This document shows positions 50,265 to 62,768 of a stretch of 64,000 nt of DNA, in pieces. The translations under genes were made by a program, and so were the position numbers. The notes under the pieces are model-generated. The model did no database searches. It was not told the origin of the DNA and saw only the letters and a program-made list of their open reading frames with translations. Every line of letters begins with the position of its first letter. Within the stretch, counting starts at the first letter, position 1. Origin of the DNA: Octopus bimaculoides (lineage: Eukaryota); assembly GCF_001194135.2 (NCBI RefSeq), contig NC_069004.1, positions 14,878,851 to 14,942,850 on the forward strand. Direction: 5' to 3'.

Positions 50265-50640
50265 ATCTTTTACATGCATTAGTCATTAGACTGCAGCCAT
50301 GCCAGAGTACCACCTTGAAGAATTTTAGTTGAATAAATTGACCCCAATACTTTTTTGTTTCTGTTTTTATGTCTACTACTTATTCTATCAGTCTTATGTG
50401 CAGAATCGTTGCATTGTAGGGATGTAAACAGACCAACAATGGTTGTCAAGCAGTGGTGGGAGCCAAACACCCACACACACATGCAATGGGCTTCTTCCAG
50501 TCTTCATCTACTAAATCCACATACATGTCTTTTGTTGGCCTGAAGCTATAGTAGAAGACACTTGCTCATGGTGCCACACAGCGGGACTGAACCCAAAACT
50601 ATGTGGTTGGAAAGCAAACTTCTTACCACACAGCTACATA
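50265..50640 (-). mobile_element. SINE family A (diverged)
   Basis: Reverse complement of head and tail. Confidence 0.7.
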
Positions 50641-51733
50641 TGTGTGTGTGTGTGTGTGTAATAACATAATTTGGATGAGAAATTGAACGTAACGAAGTTT
50701 GAATGATAATGATGCATTGGAGAAATGAATGATTGAGCAACAATATTAATTATGAAGATGGCCACTGTTTATAATGTCATTACAATGTAAGATAAACTAC
50801 ATTGTCACGTTGTTTGTTTGTGTATTACACATGTTATTAGTTTGTTGCAGGAAAATACTTTCTGGTTGTATGGACTCTTTGCATGTGGGAGCTAGCTTCA
50901 TTGTCTGCTGCTAGAGAGGGAGAAAAGATGAGACTTGTATTGTCAAATAGAGAGCATAAGCAGTGTGCTGCCCGTCTCTTCTCTATTCCATACCAGGATG
51001 TTCATTGATCAAAAGGCAATAAACCAAAGAGACCAACTAAACCCTTTGTTAGGTATTTATAAAGTATGGTAACCTAAAATAACCAGAGAAGATCTCAACC
51101 CATCCCCACCAATCTCCAAGTGCAGAGAGGAGAAAACAAAAGACCAGAAATCTGACAACAAAAATGTGGATTCAATCTTAAATCCTCTCAACTATTGTAG
51201 CTGGTCCATAAATATACATGTGTGTGTGTGTGTGTGTGTGTGGATTACAATTGAGGTTCTTCAAAAATCACTAAGCTACCAGCAGTGAACTGTCATTTCC
51301 CTGTCACCAATCATTTTCTAACTTTGCACTATCAAAGATATGTACAATAAGAAATTCTTTAGTTGAAAGAAAATAAAAACAGGCAAGGTTTAGCAACAGG
51401 AAGAGTATTTCGCTATGAAATAATACCTCAGTAATATATTCACCTAACACTATGCTAACATGAAAAGCAAACAAACAAATTAAAATATGTAAATAAACTA
51501 ACACATACATTTAGTGTGTGTGGCCAATAATGTTTATTACACTAGCACTGCTTCTAATTCATATTTGAATTTATTCTTACATATGCATCACTGAGGTATG
51601 CTAGCAAATGGTTTTCACACTTTTTGTATTTAGTCATAGACTGGTGATTCAGTCAGCCCCTGGTTCAATTCAGGTACATGATGTTGATAAGCCATAAAAA
51701 TAGCTAAATGGGATTTGGGGCAAGTTGTCTCAC

Positions 51734-51808
51734 CTGTCTATGACTTTCAGGTGTATTAACATCGAGCACTTTGAAGAAGTCATCCCCACAGCACTAAATT
51801 GCAGCATA
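51734..51808 (-). CDS. Candidate 75-nt symmetric internal exon (MLQFSAVGMTSSKCSMLIHLKVID); unidentified
   Basis: Acceptor ttctgctctttttgccag|, donor CAG|gtgaga; one of three frames open. Confidence 0.2.
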
Positions 51809-53214
51809 CTGGCAAAAAGAGCAGAACACAAACATTGTGTATGTGTAATCAATGACGTTTGCTACACTAATGCTGCGTCTAATTCATAATTGAAATGAAT
51901 TAACATTGTATATCAGAAACTATGATTTTTTTTCTGTAATTTCTGAAAGCCAGATGTGTAAGCTCTTTTCCTATCCTCATTGCAGCCCCATCTGAAGGCA
52001 TGGACACACTTGGCAGTTGCCCAGAAGCCTTATGAGTCTAGGGGCCCAATCCTGATCTATGTTGTGGTTTGCTGTCAATAAAGAAGTACAATAGAGCCTG
52101 GTGTATTGATTTGTCCTGAGGCCAATGATATTGTTAAAATGGCCCTGCCTTAATCTCCGTTGAACACTTGTCCATTGTGGGTTTTTTTTACTGGGTGGTT
52201 AAAATATTTGACATAAAGCTGAATAAACTTGATCTACTGACGTTTCTGAGTTTAGATTCCACAAAACAGCAGTTTTTCACCAGAAAAGAAATTCTTTGAA
52301 TCAATGGCCACAGTAAAAATAGCCATAAAACTGGCATAATACTGTGCTTGAACAGTCTGTGAGCTTGTTATAGTACACACTGTTGTATTTCTGATCTCCT
52401 CAACTGCAATGATTGACTATCAATCCTGTTTAGAATTTTCTGCAGAAATTAGGAAAATGGACAGAGTAAAGAATGAGACTAAATAAAACGAATTGTTATG
52501 GTATTTTTATTATTATTATTTTATTTATCTCCTCAGGGTGACACAAACCTTGTGAGTAGATTTAGTAGACAGAAACTGAAAGAAGTCTGTCATATATATA
52601 TGTGTGTGTGTGTGTGTGTAAAGAGAGAGGGGGAATAGAGATAGATAGAAACATACATATGTGTGTGCATTGTGTCTGCTTGTCTTGATATTGCGTAATG
52701 GTTGTAAATGATTGTCATACAAGCAATGGCATTCATTTCCAATATTGTGCAAGAATGTACTAGGCCATGGAGAAATATTACCTTACCTTGCAACAGTTGA
52801 AGGTTGGGGATAGGAAAGGCAGCCGATTGTAGAAAATCTGCCTCAATAAATTTTGTCAGATCCCTTTGAAAAGTAGACATTAAAATAATAATAATGATGA
52901 TGATGATGATGCTGATGAGGAGGAGGACCATTTACAACCAGCAAAAAGTGAGGTGCCACTGTTTTCATACAGTTTGTTTTCTGGATTGATTGGTCGCTCG
53001 TTTTAGTCTCAGCTGCATTATCTCAGAACTCTCTGAATCTAGAAATTCCAGACGTTTTTTTTCAGTGATCATACAAAGTAAAATTTCCATTTTTTAATTT
53101 TGCTTTTAAGCAGTTGTTCATATAATAAGCACCTGGCCAAACTTTTGATTGGATCTTCTTTGGGTTATTTAACAAACATAAACGGAATCAATAACGTCCA
53201 TCCATCCATCTTCT

Positions 53215-54095
53215 CCACCACTGTCCTTAGGAAGGTCATGGGAATAGAGTCCCCACCACTGTCCTTAGGAAGGTCATGGGAATAGAGTCCTCAGGTACCT
53301 CCTGCAAAGGGTTCTATCAGAAGCAACTGTCATAATTCTTTCTTACAGAATTCCCATATATGACCTAACTGAGATTATGGATATTATCTAACCAACACAT
53401 TCTTGGCCCACCGCCACATCTCCTGCTGGTTGTTGAGGGTAGAGTCCTCAAGCACCCCCTCCATATGGTTTTATCAGAAGCAACTATCATAATACTTTCC
53501 TGGTGAATTCCCAAATGTGACCAAATAAGACAACGGATATTATCCAACTATCTCATTCTTAATCTACCCCCACATCTCCTGCTGGTCATGAAAGCAGAGT
53601 CCTCAAGCATCTCCTCCGTAGGATCTTCTTAGAAGCAAACGTCATGATATTTTCCTGCTGAATTCCAAAATGTGGCCATATAAGACTATGGATATTATCT
53701 AACCATCTCATTGGTAGTCTGTAGAGGCGCAATGGCCCAGTGGTTAGGGCAGTGGACTCGCTGTCAGAGGATTGCAGTTTCGATTCCCAGACTGGGCGTT
53801 GTGTGTGTTTATTGAACAAAAACACCTAAAGCTCCACGAGGCTCCAGCAGGGGGTGGTGGCGACCCCTGTTGTATTCTTTCGCCCTGTTGTACTCTTGTA
53901 GTCTACCACCACATCTTCTGCTTATCATGAGGGTAGAGTCCTCAAGCACCTCTTCCATAAGGTCCTATTAGAAACAACCTGCATAACACTTTCCTGCTGG
54001 ATTCCCAAGTGTGACCAACTGAAACTATGGATATCATCCAACCATCTTGTTTTTGGTCTACCCCTAGCTCTCCTGCCAGCTGGCTCAGCTTTAAG
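53215..54095 (-). mobile_element. RTE 3' end made of 4 tandem ~156-bp units; third unit interrupted by a family C SINE head (53721-53897, TSD gtagtct)
   Basis: agagtcctca at 53284, 53441, 53596, 53935; each unit encodes GRPR.RWLDNIH..WSHLGI.QE...ASD...W..CLRTL; (TGGA)n tail; perfect 38-bp duplication 53215-53290. Confidence 0.85.
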
Positions 54096-54269
54096 AATCT
54101 ATTTTGTGATTCTTTCCCCTGGAATTCTAATCACATACCCATAGAACCAGAGCGGTGACTTCTCAATGAAGAAAAGTAGTGACTCAGCCTAGAATGGTTC
54201 CTTGATCTTTGGAAAACATAATTACAATAAAACATGTTCACGTATGACAACATATTTTCTATTAGACAG

Positions 54270-55800
54270 TGGTAACTATAATAGTTAGTATTGGTGTCTT
54301 TAGTAGTTAGTATAGTTAGTACTGTTGGCTACAGTTGTTATTTATTTCTAAGTCAGCTCTGATAGGAAAAACTTATGATTGAAGGCATCGCAACCATGAC
54401 CACCCAAGTTCTTCCCACATTCCACCCAGACTTAGAATCCAATGTTTTTTAAGATAGTCAGTAGAAAGATATTTAGTTGTTATTTTTAGTTTGTCAAATG
54501 ACCAGGTAGAACCTCCCTTCTTCATTGGTACACAGTAGTTAGTATTGATTAGTGTAGTACTTGGTATAGATAGTTATAATAATTTGTATTGATGGTTATA
54601 GCAATTCATATTGGTTGTTATAATTGTCTTGTTGTCTATAGTAGTTTGCTTTGATAGCTATATATTGGTGTGTCTGGGGAGAGTCATTCTCTTTTAGTGC
54701 CTTATTATTTTACACACCAGTTTGATTTCCATGACTTTTGGAAAGGTTGCAGGACGATGAAAATTTCAGGGAAAATAAATAAGTAAATGAGTGGAAACGT
54801 TACCGGTGAGTGTGTTAAATGATAAGGCACTAAAAGAGAATGACTCTCTCCAGACACAACAAAATATATTTCAACACACGAATTCACATAAAGAATCTTG
54901 CAAACCAAATCCAAGAACGAAGTATATATTGATGATTATGATAGTATTGGTGGCTATTGTAGTTAATATGGCTAGTTATAATAGTTAGTATTGATGGTTA
55001 TAGCTGTATTGATTACAGTAATAGTCAGTTTTGGTGCTTATAATTAATATTGATGATTAGTAGTACTGGTGGTTATTGTACTAGAGATAACTGTAGTACT
55101 TATATATTAGTTATAATGATACTAGTGGTTATAATAGTATTGATTGTTATAGAGGTTGGTATTGGTAGTTGTATTGATTGTATGGTAGTTAGTATTGATG
55201 GCTATGCCTGTAGTAGTTGGTATCAAGTGGTTATAGTAGTTAGTATTTCTGGTTATAATAGCTTGTATCTATGGCTACAATATTTAGTATTGGTAGCCAA
55301 AATATTATTGGTAACTAGAATAGTTGGTATTGATGATTAATAGTAGTTTGTACTGGAGGTTATGGTTGTTGTTGTTGTTAACCCCAGGTAAGTCCTGCTT
55401 GAGTATTCTTATGGTCAAAGACACTTCAGGCATGACCCTCTATTTTTCAGAGTATCTATGGCTACATAACTTTTTTGCAAGATAGTGAAGTCCAGTTTGA
55501 TGAGGATTTGATTTCTATTTCTAGCAGCTCATGTGACTTCATAAAGACTCCCTAAAAAAAAAAAAATAAAGATCCTCCCTGAGTAACATAGAATCATAAG
55601 GCTGGTTTCCTGGTTCCCATGCAATGAAATGTTTTACTCAAGAATACATGTCACCCAATCCAGGAATCGAAACCACAATCTTACAGCCATAAGTCCAACA
55701 CCCTAACCACTTAGCCACATGCCTTCACATTGGTTATAGTAGTTAGTATTAATGGTTGTTAGAATAATAACCTATGATGGTTATAAATGGTGTAAATAAT
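54270..55800. repeat. Decayed 22-bp minisatellite (GGTTATAGTAGTTAGTATTGAT) broken by later insertions
   Basis: Period 22 visible at 55229, 55251, 55273. Confidence 0.7.
54661..54868. mobile_element. TA-flanked MITE with ~55-bp TIRs
   Basis: TGTCTGGGGAGAGTCATTCTCTTTTAGTGCCTTAT / ATAAGGCACTAAAAGAGAATGACTCTCTCCAGACA. Confidence 0.85.
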
Positions 55801-55949
55801 TGTTATTAATGACTAAAGTAGTTTGTAGTTGTCATTGTTGCTATCACTTCTACTAGCAAAAAAGTTTTTTTTTNNNNNNNNNNGGGGGGGGGGTAGGAGT
55901 GTTCCTTATAGTAAAGGGTAGATTGTACAATGCTTGTGTTCAAAGTGTA

Positions 55950-56390
55950 ATGCTGCATGATCATGCAATGTGGGCTTTGAATGTAGAAGACTTGTGAAAA
56001 CTAGAACGAACTGATAGATGTGTTATGCTAGTGCACATGAACGCTTGAGTACAAATGAGTGAAGAGAAAAACTGGGTATAAGAGGAATTAGCTGCTGTGT
56101 ACAAGAGATGTTGTTGTGCTGGCATGAGCATTCGGTACATTTGAAAGTTGACTGTTGCATTAGAAAATGGCAAGCACTTCAAGTTAATGGAATCAGTGGT
56201 AAGGAAAAATCGAAGAAGACTTAAGAGGAGGTAGTGAAAGCTGATTTGAAAACGTTGCAGCTTGTTAAGATGACAAAGGACCCTACAGATTGTCAGTATG
56301 AGATACAACATGAGACCCATCTGCACATGGCGAAATATATACTCAGACACAAGGAGAATATTTAGAAGCTGAAATATTTTGCACCTTGCC
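55950..56390 (+). mobile_element. Decayed RTE 3' end
   Basis: GISCCVQE.LLCWHEH...CIRKWQALQVNG..GK..KKT..EVVKADLK-like remnants. Confidence 0.55.
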
Positions 56391-56504
56391 AAATCTACAG
56401 GGTGTCCGTAAATTACCTTTACAATTTGAAAAATTCAGAAAAAAATGAAAAATAAGGATAACTTAGCAGAGTTTATTGGGAAACATAGACAAACATAAGC
56501 AAGC

Positions 56505-57185
56505 ACAGACATGGCTGGGTGGTAAGAAGCTTGCTTACCGACCACATGGTTCTGGGTTCAGTCACACTGTCTTATAGCCTCAGGCTCATTAAAGCCTTAT
56601 GAGTGGATTTGGTAAACAGAAACTGAAAGAAGCCCATCATACACACACACACACACACACATGTGTGTGTCATTGTGTTTGTGTTTGTCACCCCACCATA
56701 ACTTGACAGCTGATGTTGGTGTGTTTACATCCTCATAACTTAGCAGTTCAGTAGAAGAAACTGATAGAATAAGTACTAGGCTTACAAAGAATGAATAAGT
56801 CCTGGGGTCAATTTCTTTGACTAAAACCCTTTAAAGCAGTGCTCCAGCATGGCTGCAGTTAAGTGACTGTAACAAGTAAAAGAATTAAAAAAAAATTCGA
56901 CGGGGGTTCCATTGGTTGTGTGTGTGTGTTTGTGTTTGTTCTCCTCCACTGTTTGACAAGTGTTGGTTTGTTTACATCCCTGTAACTTAGTGGTTTGGCA
57001 AAGAGAGTAATAAAATAATTTGTTTGACCAAACCCTTCAGCACAATGCCCCAGCATGGCCACAAGCTAATCACTGTAACAAGTAAAAGATAAAAGATGTG
57101 ACTTTGTGGTAAGAAGCTTGCTTCCCAACCACATGGTTCCAGGTTCAGTCCCACTGTGTGGCACCTTAAGCAAGTGCCTTCTTCC
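56505..57185. mobile_element. Cluster of 3 SINE family A pieces: + (56505-56885), - (56920-57090), + head (57095-57185)
   Basis: Alignment to the family A copies. Confidence 0.75.
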
Positions 57186-57344
57186 CATCAGCACTTTGAT
57201 ATCTTAATAATACCCCTAATTCTTTCCTTCTGTTTCAGGGTGAAGTTTGCCATGCTCTTGAAGAACTGGACGGTGAAAAGAAATTCCAGGTCGATAAATG
57301 GGAAAGAAGCGAAGTAAGATTTAATAAATTTTGTCTGATGTATA

Positions 57345-58070
57345 ATATTGGTTTCAGATTTTGGCACAAGGCCAGCAAGTTGTGGGGAGATACGGNNNNN
57401 NNNNNNNNNNNNNNNNNNNNNNNNNNNNNNNNNNNNNNNNNNNNNNNNNNNNNNNNNNNNNNNNNNNNNNNNNNNNNNNNNNNNNNNNNNNNCTGGTACG
57501 TATTTTACTGGCCCCAAAAAGATGAAAGGCAAGGTCAACCTCAGCAGAATTTGAATTCAGAATGTGAAGACAGACAAAATGCTGCTAAGCATTTTGCCTG
57601 CCATGCTAACAATTCTTATTTCTTTTTTATTGTCCACAAGGGGCTAAACATAGAGGGGACAAACAAGGACAGACAAAGGGATTAAGTCGATTACATCGAC
57701 CCCAGTGCGTAACTGGTACTTAATTTATCGACCCCGAAAGGATGAAAGGCAAAGTCAACCTCGGCGGAATTTGAACTCAGAACGTAGCAGCAGACGAAAT
57801 ACCGCTAAGCATTTTGCCCAGCGTGCTAACGATTCTGCCAGCTCACCGCCCTCGATGCTAATGATTCTGCCAGCGAGCCATCTTGATCTTTTCTTAGTAT
57901 TGGTTTCAAATTTTGGTTCAAGACCAGTAAGTTGGCAGGAAGAGGTAAGTCGATTACATCATCCCCCCCCACTCCCACTCCTCAATAGGTACTTATTTTA
58001 TCAGCCCTGGGATGATGAAAGGCAATGTCAACATGGACAGAATTTGAACTCAGAATGTAAACACAGACAT
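57345..58070 (-). mobile_element. Nested/clustered SINE family B copies
   Basis: Young copy at ~57620-57850 nested inside an older copy. Confidence 0.75.
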
Positions 58071-58149
58071 AAATAGGACTGGATGGTGGGGAGGAGTTGA
58101 ACACACCGACCCCTGCCCAGTTCTCTATAGGTACCTATTTTACTGACTC

Positions 58150-58565
58150 TGAAAAAATGAATGGTGATATGATATGCTTGAGATGACCTGTTGAGCCAAG
58201 TAAGACCAAAATCGTAAGTGTGGCCAGTGCCCCCCTGAGTGGCTCCCATTCTAGTGGCACATAAAATGTATCATCCAAACATTGTCGATGCCACTGCTCC
58301 CTGACTGGCTCCCATGCCCGTGGCACATAAAAAGCTCTATCTGAATGCAATTGATGCCAGGCCCGCCTGACCAGCTCCTGTGCTGGTGGCACGTAAAAAG
58401 CATCCAGTACACTCTCGGAGCAGTTGACGTTAGGAAGGGCATCCAGTTGTAGAAACATTGCCAGATCAGGCTGGAGCCTGGTGCAGCCACTGGCTTTCCA
58501 GACCTCAGTTAAACCGTCCAATCCATGCCAGCATAGAAAACAGACGTTAAACGATGATGATGACA
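58150..58565 (+). mobile_element. RTE-type tail with repeated TGGCACRTAAAA motif
   Basis: Three or more motif copies, then GTTAGGAAGGGCATCCAG...GACGTTAAACGATGATGATGA. Confidence 0.75.
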
Positions 58566-59294
58566 GTGACAATGAATGTAAAGATAGACAAAAATGCCGC
58601 AAAGCATTTTGTCTTGTATGGTAATAATTCTGCCAGTTTGCCACCTTACAATCTAGGAATATTAATTTCTAGCATAGGTACAAAGCATGAAATTTGAGGA
58701 AAATGGGGATTCAAGTGATACCATTAACTCCCAGAACTTGACCTGTAGTTTATTTCATCTGCCCTGGGGGGATAAAAATATAAAGTTAATCTTGATATGA
58801 TTTGAACTCAAAACATAAAGAGCTGGAAGAAATACCACAGGCATTTTACCATACACTTGAAGAATTCTACCAATCTTTTACTCATAACATGCTAGAAATA
58901 AAACCAAGTCATCTCTAAATAACCATGTCATCTTTGAAAAATTGGACACTTTCGTCATGATCCCAGATACATCTAGTTTAAACACAACCACCTCCTTCTA
59001 GAAAGAGTGACAAGATGTTCACAGCTCGAATACCGTTGAATATAGGTCTGCTTCATCAGAGTTGAGCTAGGGCTACACAGCAACAGTAGCAATATTCCTA
59101 AGTAATTATGAAATAACTTCTCATTGTGAAATTCTACTTGTGATGGTTAAACTTAGCTTTCTGTTTTTGTAGTGTCCATTAAATAAGAATTAATAATATA
59201 TTGGAGATAATTTGAATGCTTATATCCTTTCTATATCAGAATTAACTTTGAACATGAGCAAGAAACTATTGATGCTGTTATTAATGCTTCCATT

Positions 59295-60900
59295 GGTGAG
59301 CTGGTTGAATCATTAGCATGCCAGACAACAACATGCTTAGTGGCTTTCTTCCGTTTTATGTTCTGAGTTCAAATTCTGCCAAGGTCAATTTTGCTTTTCA
59401 TCCTTTCAGGGTAAAATAAATACCACTCAAATACTGGGGGACAATGTAATTTCATGCCTCGTGCCTTTGTAGAAAGGATTGTTATCATTTATTATTCTTG
59501 AACTGGAAATATGGTTAGCATGCCAGACAAAATGCTTGGCAGTTTTTCTTGTGCTCTGAGTTCAAATCTAGCTGAGATTGACTTTGCCTTTCATCCTTTC
59601 AGGATTAATAAAATAAGTACCAGTTGAGCACTGGGGTCGATGTAATCAACTAGCCTCGACCCACCCCAAATTCCTGGCCTTGAGCCTCTGGCAGAATCAT
59701 TAGCACACTGAGCAAAATGCTTAGTGGTATTTTGTCCAGTTTTGCGTTCTGAGTTCAAATTCTGCCGAGGTCAACGTTGCCTTTCATCTTTTCAGGGTTG
59801 ATAAAATAAGGACCAGTGAAACACTGGGGTTACTGTAATTGACTTAATCCCCTCCCCCAAGCTGCCCTTGTGGAAAAAATTTGAAATCATTATTATTATT
59901 ATTATTAAAGCAGTGAGATGGCAGAATTGTTAGTACGCCGGGTGAAATGCTTAACAGAATTTAATCTGTTGCGAGCTGGCAGAATCGTTAGCATGCCGGG
60001 CAAAATACTTAGTGGTTTTTCGTCTGCCGTTACGTTCTGAGTTCAAATTCTGCCGAGGTCGACTTTGCCTTTCATCCTTTCGGGGTCGATAAATTAAGTA
60101 CCAGTTACGCACTGGGGTCGATGTAATCGACTTAACCCATTTGTCTGTCCTTGTTTGTCCCCTCTATGTTTAGCCCCTTGTGGGCAATAAAGAAATAAGA
60201 ATTTAATCTGTTGCTACATTCTGAGTTCAAATTTCACCGAGGTCAACTTTGCCTTTCATCCTTTCAGGATCAATAAATTAAGTACCAGTGAATTACTGGG
60301 GTTGGTGTAATCGACAATTCCTCTCCCCCAAAATTCCAAGCTTTGTGCTTATAGTAGAAAAGATTATTATTATTGGTTAGGGCAGTGGACTCGTGGTCAT
60401 AGGATCGTGGTTTCGATTCCCAGACCGGGCGTTGTGAGTGTTTATTGAGCGAAAACACCTAAAGCTCCATGAGGGTCCGGCAGGGGATGGTGGCGAACCC
60501 TGCTGTTCTCTTTCGCCACAACTTTCTCTCACTCTTACTTCCTGTTTCTGTTGTGCCTGTAATTCAAAGGGTCAGCCTTGTCACACTCTGTGTCACGCTG
60601 AATATTCCCGAGAACTACGTTAAGGGTACACGCGTCTGTGGAGTGCTCAGCCACTTGCACGTTAATTTCACGAGCAGGCTGTTCCATTGATCGGATCAAC
60701 TGGAACCCTCGACGTCGTAAGCGACGGACTGCCAACAACATATTATTATTATTATTATTAAAGTGGTAAGTTGGCAGAATTGTTAGCATCACAGGACAAA
60801 ATGCTTAGCAGCATCTCTTCCAGCTTTGCATTCCGAGTTCAAATTCCACCAGTGAAACTTTGTCTTCCACCCAACAAAATTTAAGGCCTTGTGCCTATTG
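59295..60900 (+). mobile_element. Co-oriented SINE pile-up: about 7 family B copies plus one family C (60374-60740); young B copy 59973-60197 with 15-17-bp TSD
   Basis: agaatttaatctgttgc at 59956-59972 and 60198-60214; (TTA)n spacers. Confidence 0.85.
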
Positions 60901-61429
60901 TTGTTGTTGTTGTTGCTGAATGATTCTGTGAATACATTAGTCTTATCACATCTGTGATGAGACTGGAACAGAGACATTCTTTCAGAAAATTGCATTAACA
61001 GAATTAGTGTGATCAGCTCCTTCTTTTCCAAACTAATCTTTCTATAATTTATTCTTCATTGTGATTAAAATGATTAGTGAAAAACCAATTAAAATAATTA
61101 AAATTTAATTTTTAATTGTAGATTACCTCATTTTAAAACATTTTTTTTTTCTGTTTTATTATATTATATTATATTTTACTTTATTTATTCATTTATGTAT
61201 GTCTTTTTTTTTTTGTAAATATCTGATGCTAAAATACCAAGTGCCATTCTGCTCTGAGGCTGCTTAAGTATTGTTTTGTTTCATTTTTTTGATATTTTTT
61301 TAAATCTTTTTTTTTAACAGATCCTTTGTGATTTTTTTTTTAAAACATTATATCATTAGAGTTCTCTTCCCATTGTACATCATTTCAATTTTCCTTCATT
61401 TCAAGCCACTCTTTATTATTATTATTATT

Positions 61430-61450
61430 ATTTAAAAAATTTTTTTTTTT

Positions 61451-61486
<36 letters not shown>

Positions 61487-61546
61487 TTTGTTTTTTTTTA
61501 GTGTTATTATTATTATTATTTTTTTTTTTTTNNNNNNNNNNTTTTT

Positions 61547-61579
<33 letters not shown>

Positions 61580-61660
61580 GTTATTATTATTTTTTTTTAG
61601 TGTTATTATTATTATTATTATTTTTTTTTTTTAGTGTTATTATTATTATTATTTTTTTTT

Positions 61661-61711
<51 letters not shown>

Positions 61712-61736
61712 GTTATTATTATTTTTTTTTAGTGTT

Positions 61737-61784
<48 letters not shown>

Positions 61785-61790
61785 CAGCTT
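61430..61790. repeat. Higher-order repeat: [T-run]AGTG(TTA)n, about 8 units
   Basis: ttttttttagtgttattattatt recurs. Confidence 0.85.
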
Positions 61791-61914
61791 CCTCTTATCA
61801 ACACTTATAGCTGATATTATGTGTCCTCTAAGATAGAGATAGATTCATCAGCCACAATCAGTGATGGTTAAGTCACGTGGTTAGGTCATCAGCAGGGGTT
61901 GGATATATGAAGTA

Positions 61915-62295
61915 GTAGTTATAATTGTCATGCATGCCACCATCATCATCATCATGATTATGACCATTATTACCACTGTTATTATCACCACCACCACCGC
62001 CTTCATCTTCATTACTGACATTATCATCGCTGCCGTTACCATCATGAATATCTTCACCACCAACACCACTACCATCATTATCATCATCTTCAGTATCATC
62101 ATCATCATCACCACCACTGCCCTCACCATCACCACTACTACCCTGTTGATCATCATTAATAGCCTCGTTGTCGCTATCATCATCATCATCATCATCACTA
62201 CCACTGCCATTGTCATTATCATCACAACCATCTCCATCAGTATCATCCCACATCATCATCATTATCACCATCGTCATCATCCCACATCATCCCTA
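61915..62295. repeat. Degenerate (CAT/CAC)n trinucleotide tract
   Basis: Explains the D/G/N-, M/V- and I/T-rich ORFs. Confidence 0.85.
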
Positions 62296-62718
62296 GAGCA
62301 TCTATTTATTAATTTTCTCCCACTTCAGCATCACTAAATTACAATCTCCCACATATCAACTAACTTCCTTTGTTTCATTTTATTCTAATATTTCCCTACA
62401 GTGTCTGCCACACACCAGTGATATAACACACACACACACACACACACACTAATCAGGCATACCTCAAATTACATTGGTAATTGGTTCCAAGATGTGCAAC
62501 TAAGCTCAAAAAGCAACATAACTAAAAAAAAAAATCATTTTAAAACTTCTTCATTGATGACCTGCCCCCTACAACAGAACAGAATTGTTACCCTAAAACC
62601 CCCTTAGTAATGCTTGCCCATAAAGAGCACTGATGTTGGTACCATGTGAAAAGAACTGGTGCTGGTGCCACCTGAAAAGACACTGGTGATGGTGCCATAT
62701 AAAAAGCACTAGTGATGG

Positions 62719-62768
<50 letters not shown>

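Noticed and set aside
55860-55893. Poly-T / N / poly-G junction
   Set aside because: Homopolymers at a gap edge, typical sequencing or assembly noise
61873-62337. D/G/N-rich, M/V-rich and I/T-rich ORFs of 120-135 aa
   Set aside because: Translations of a degenerate (CAT)n tract; no splice or homology support
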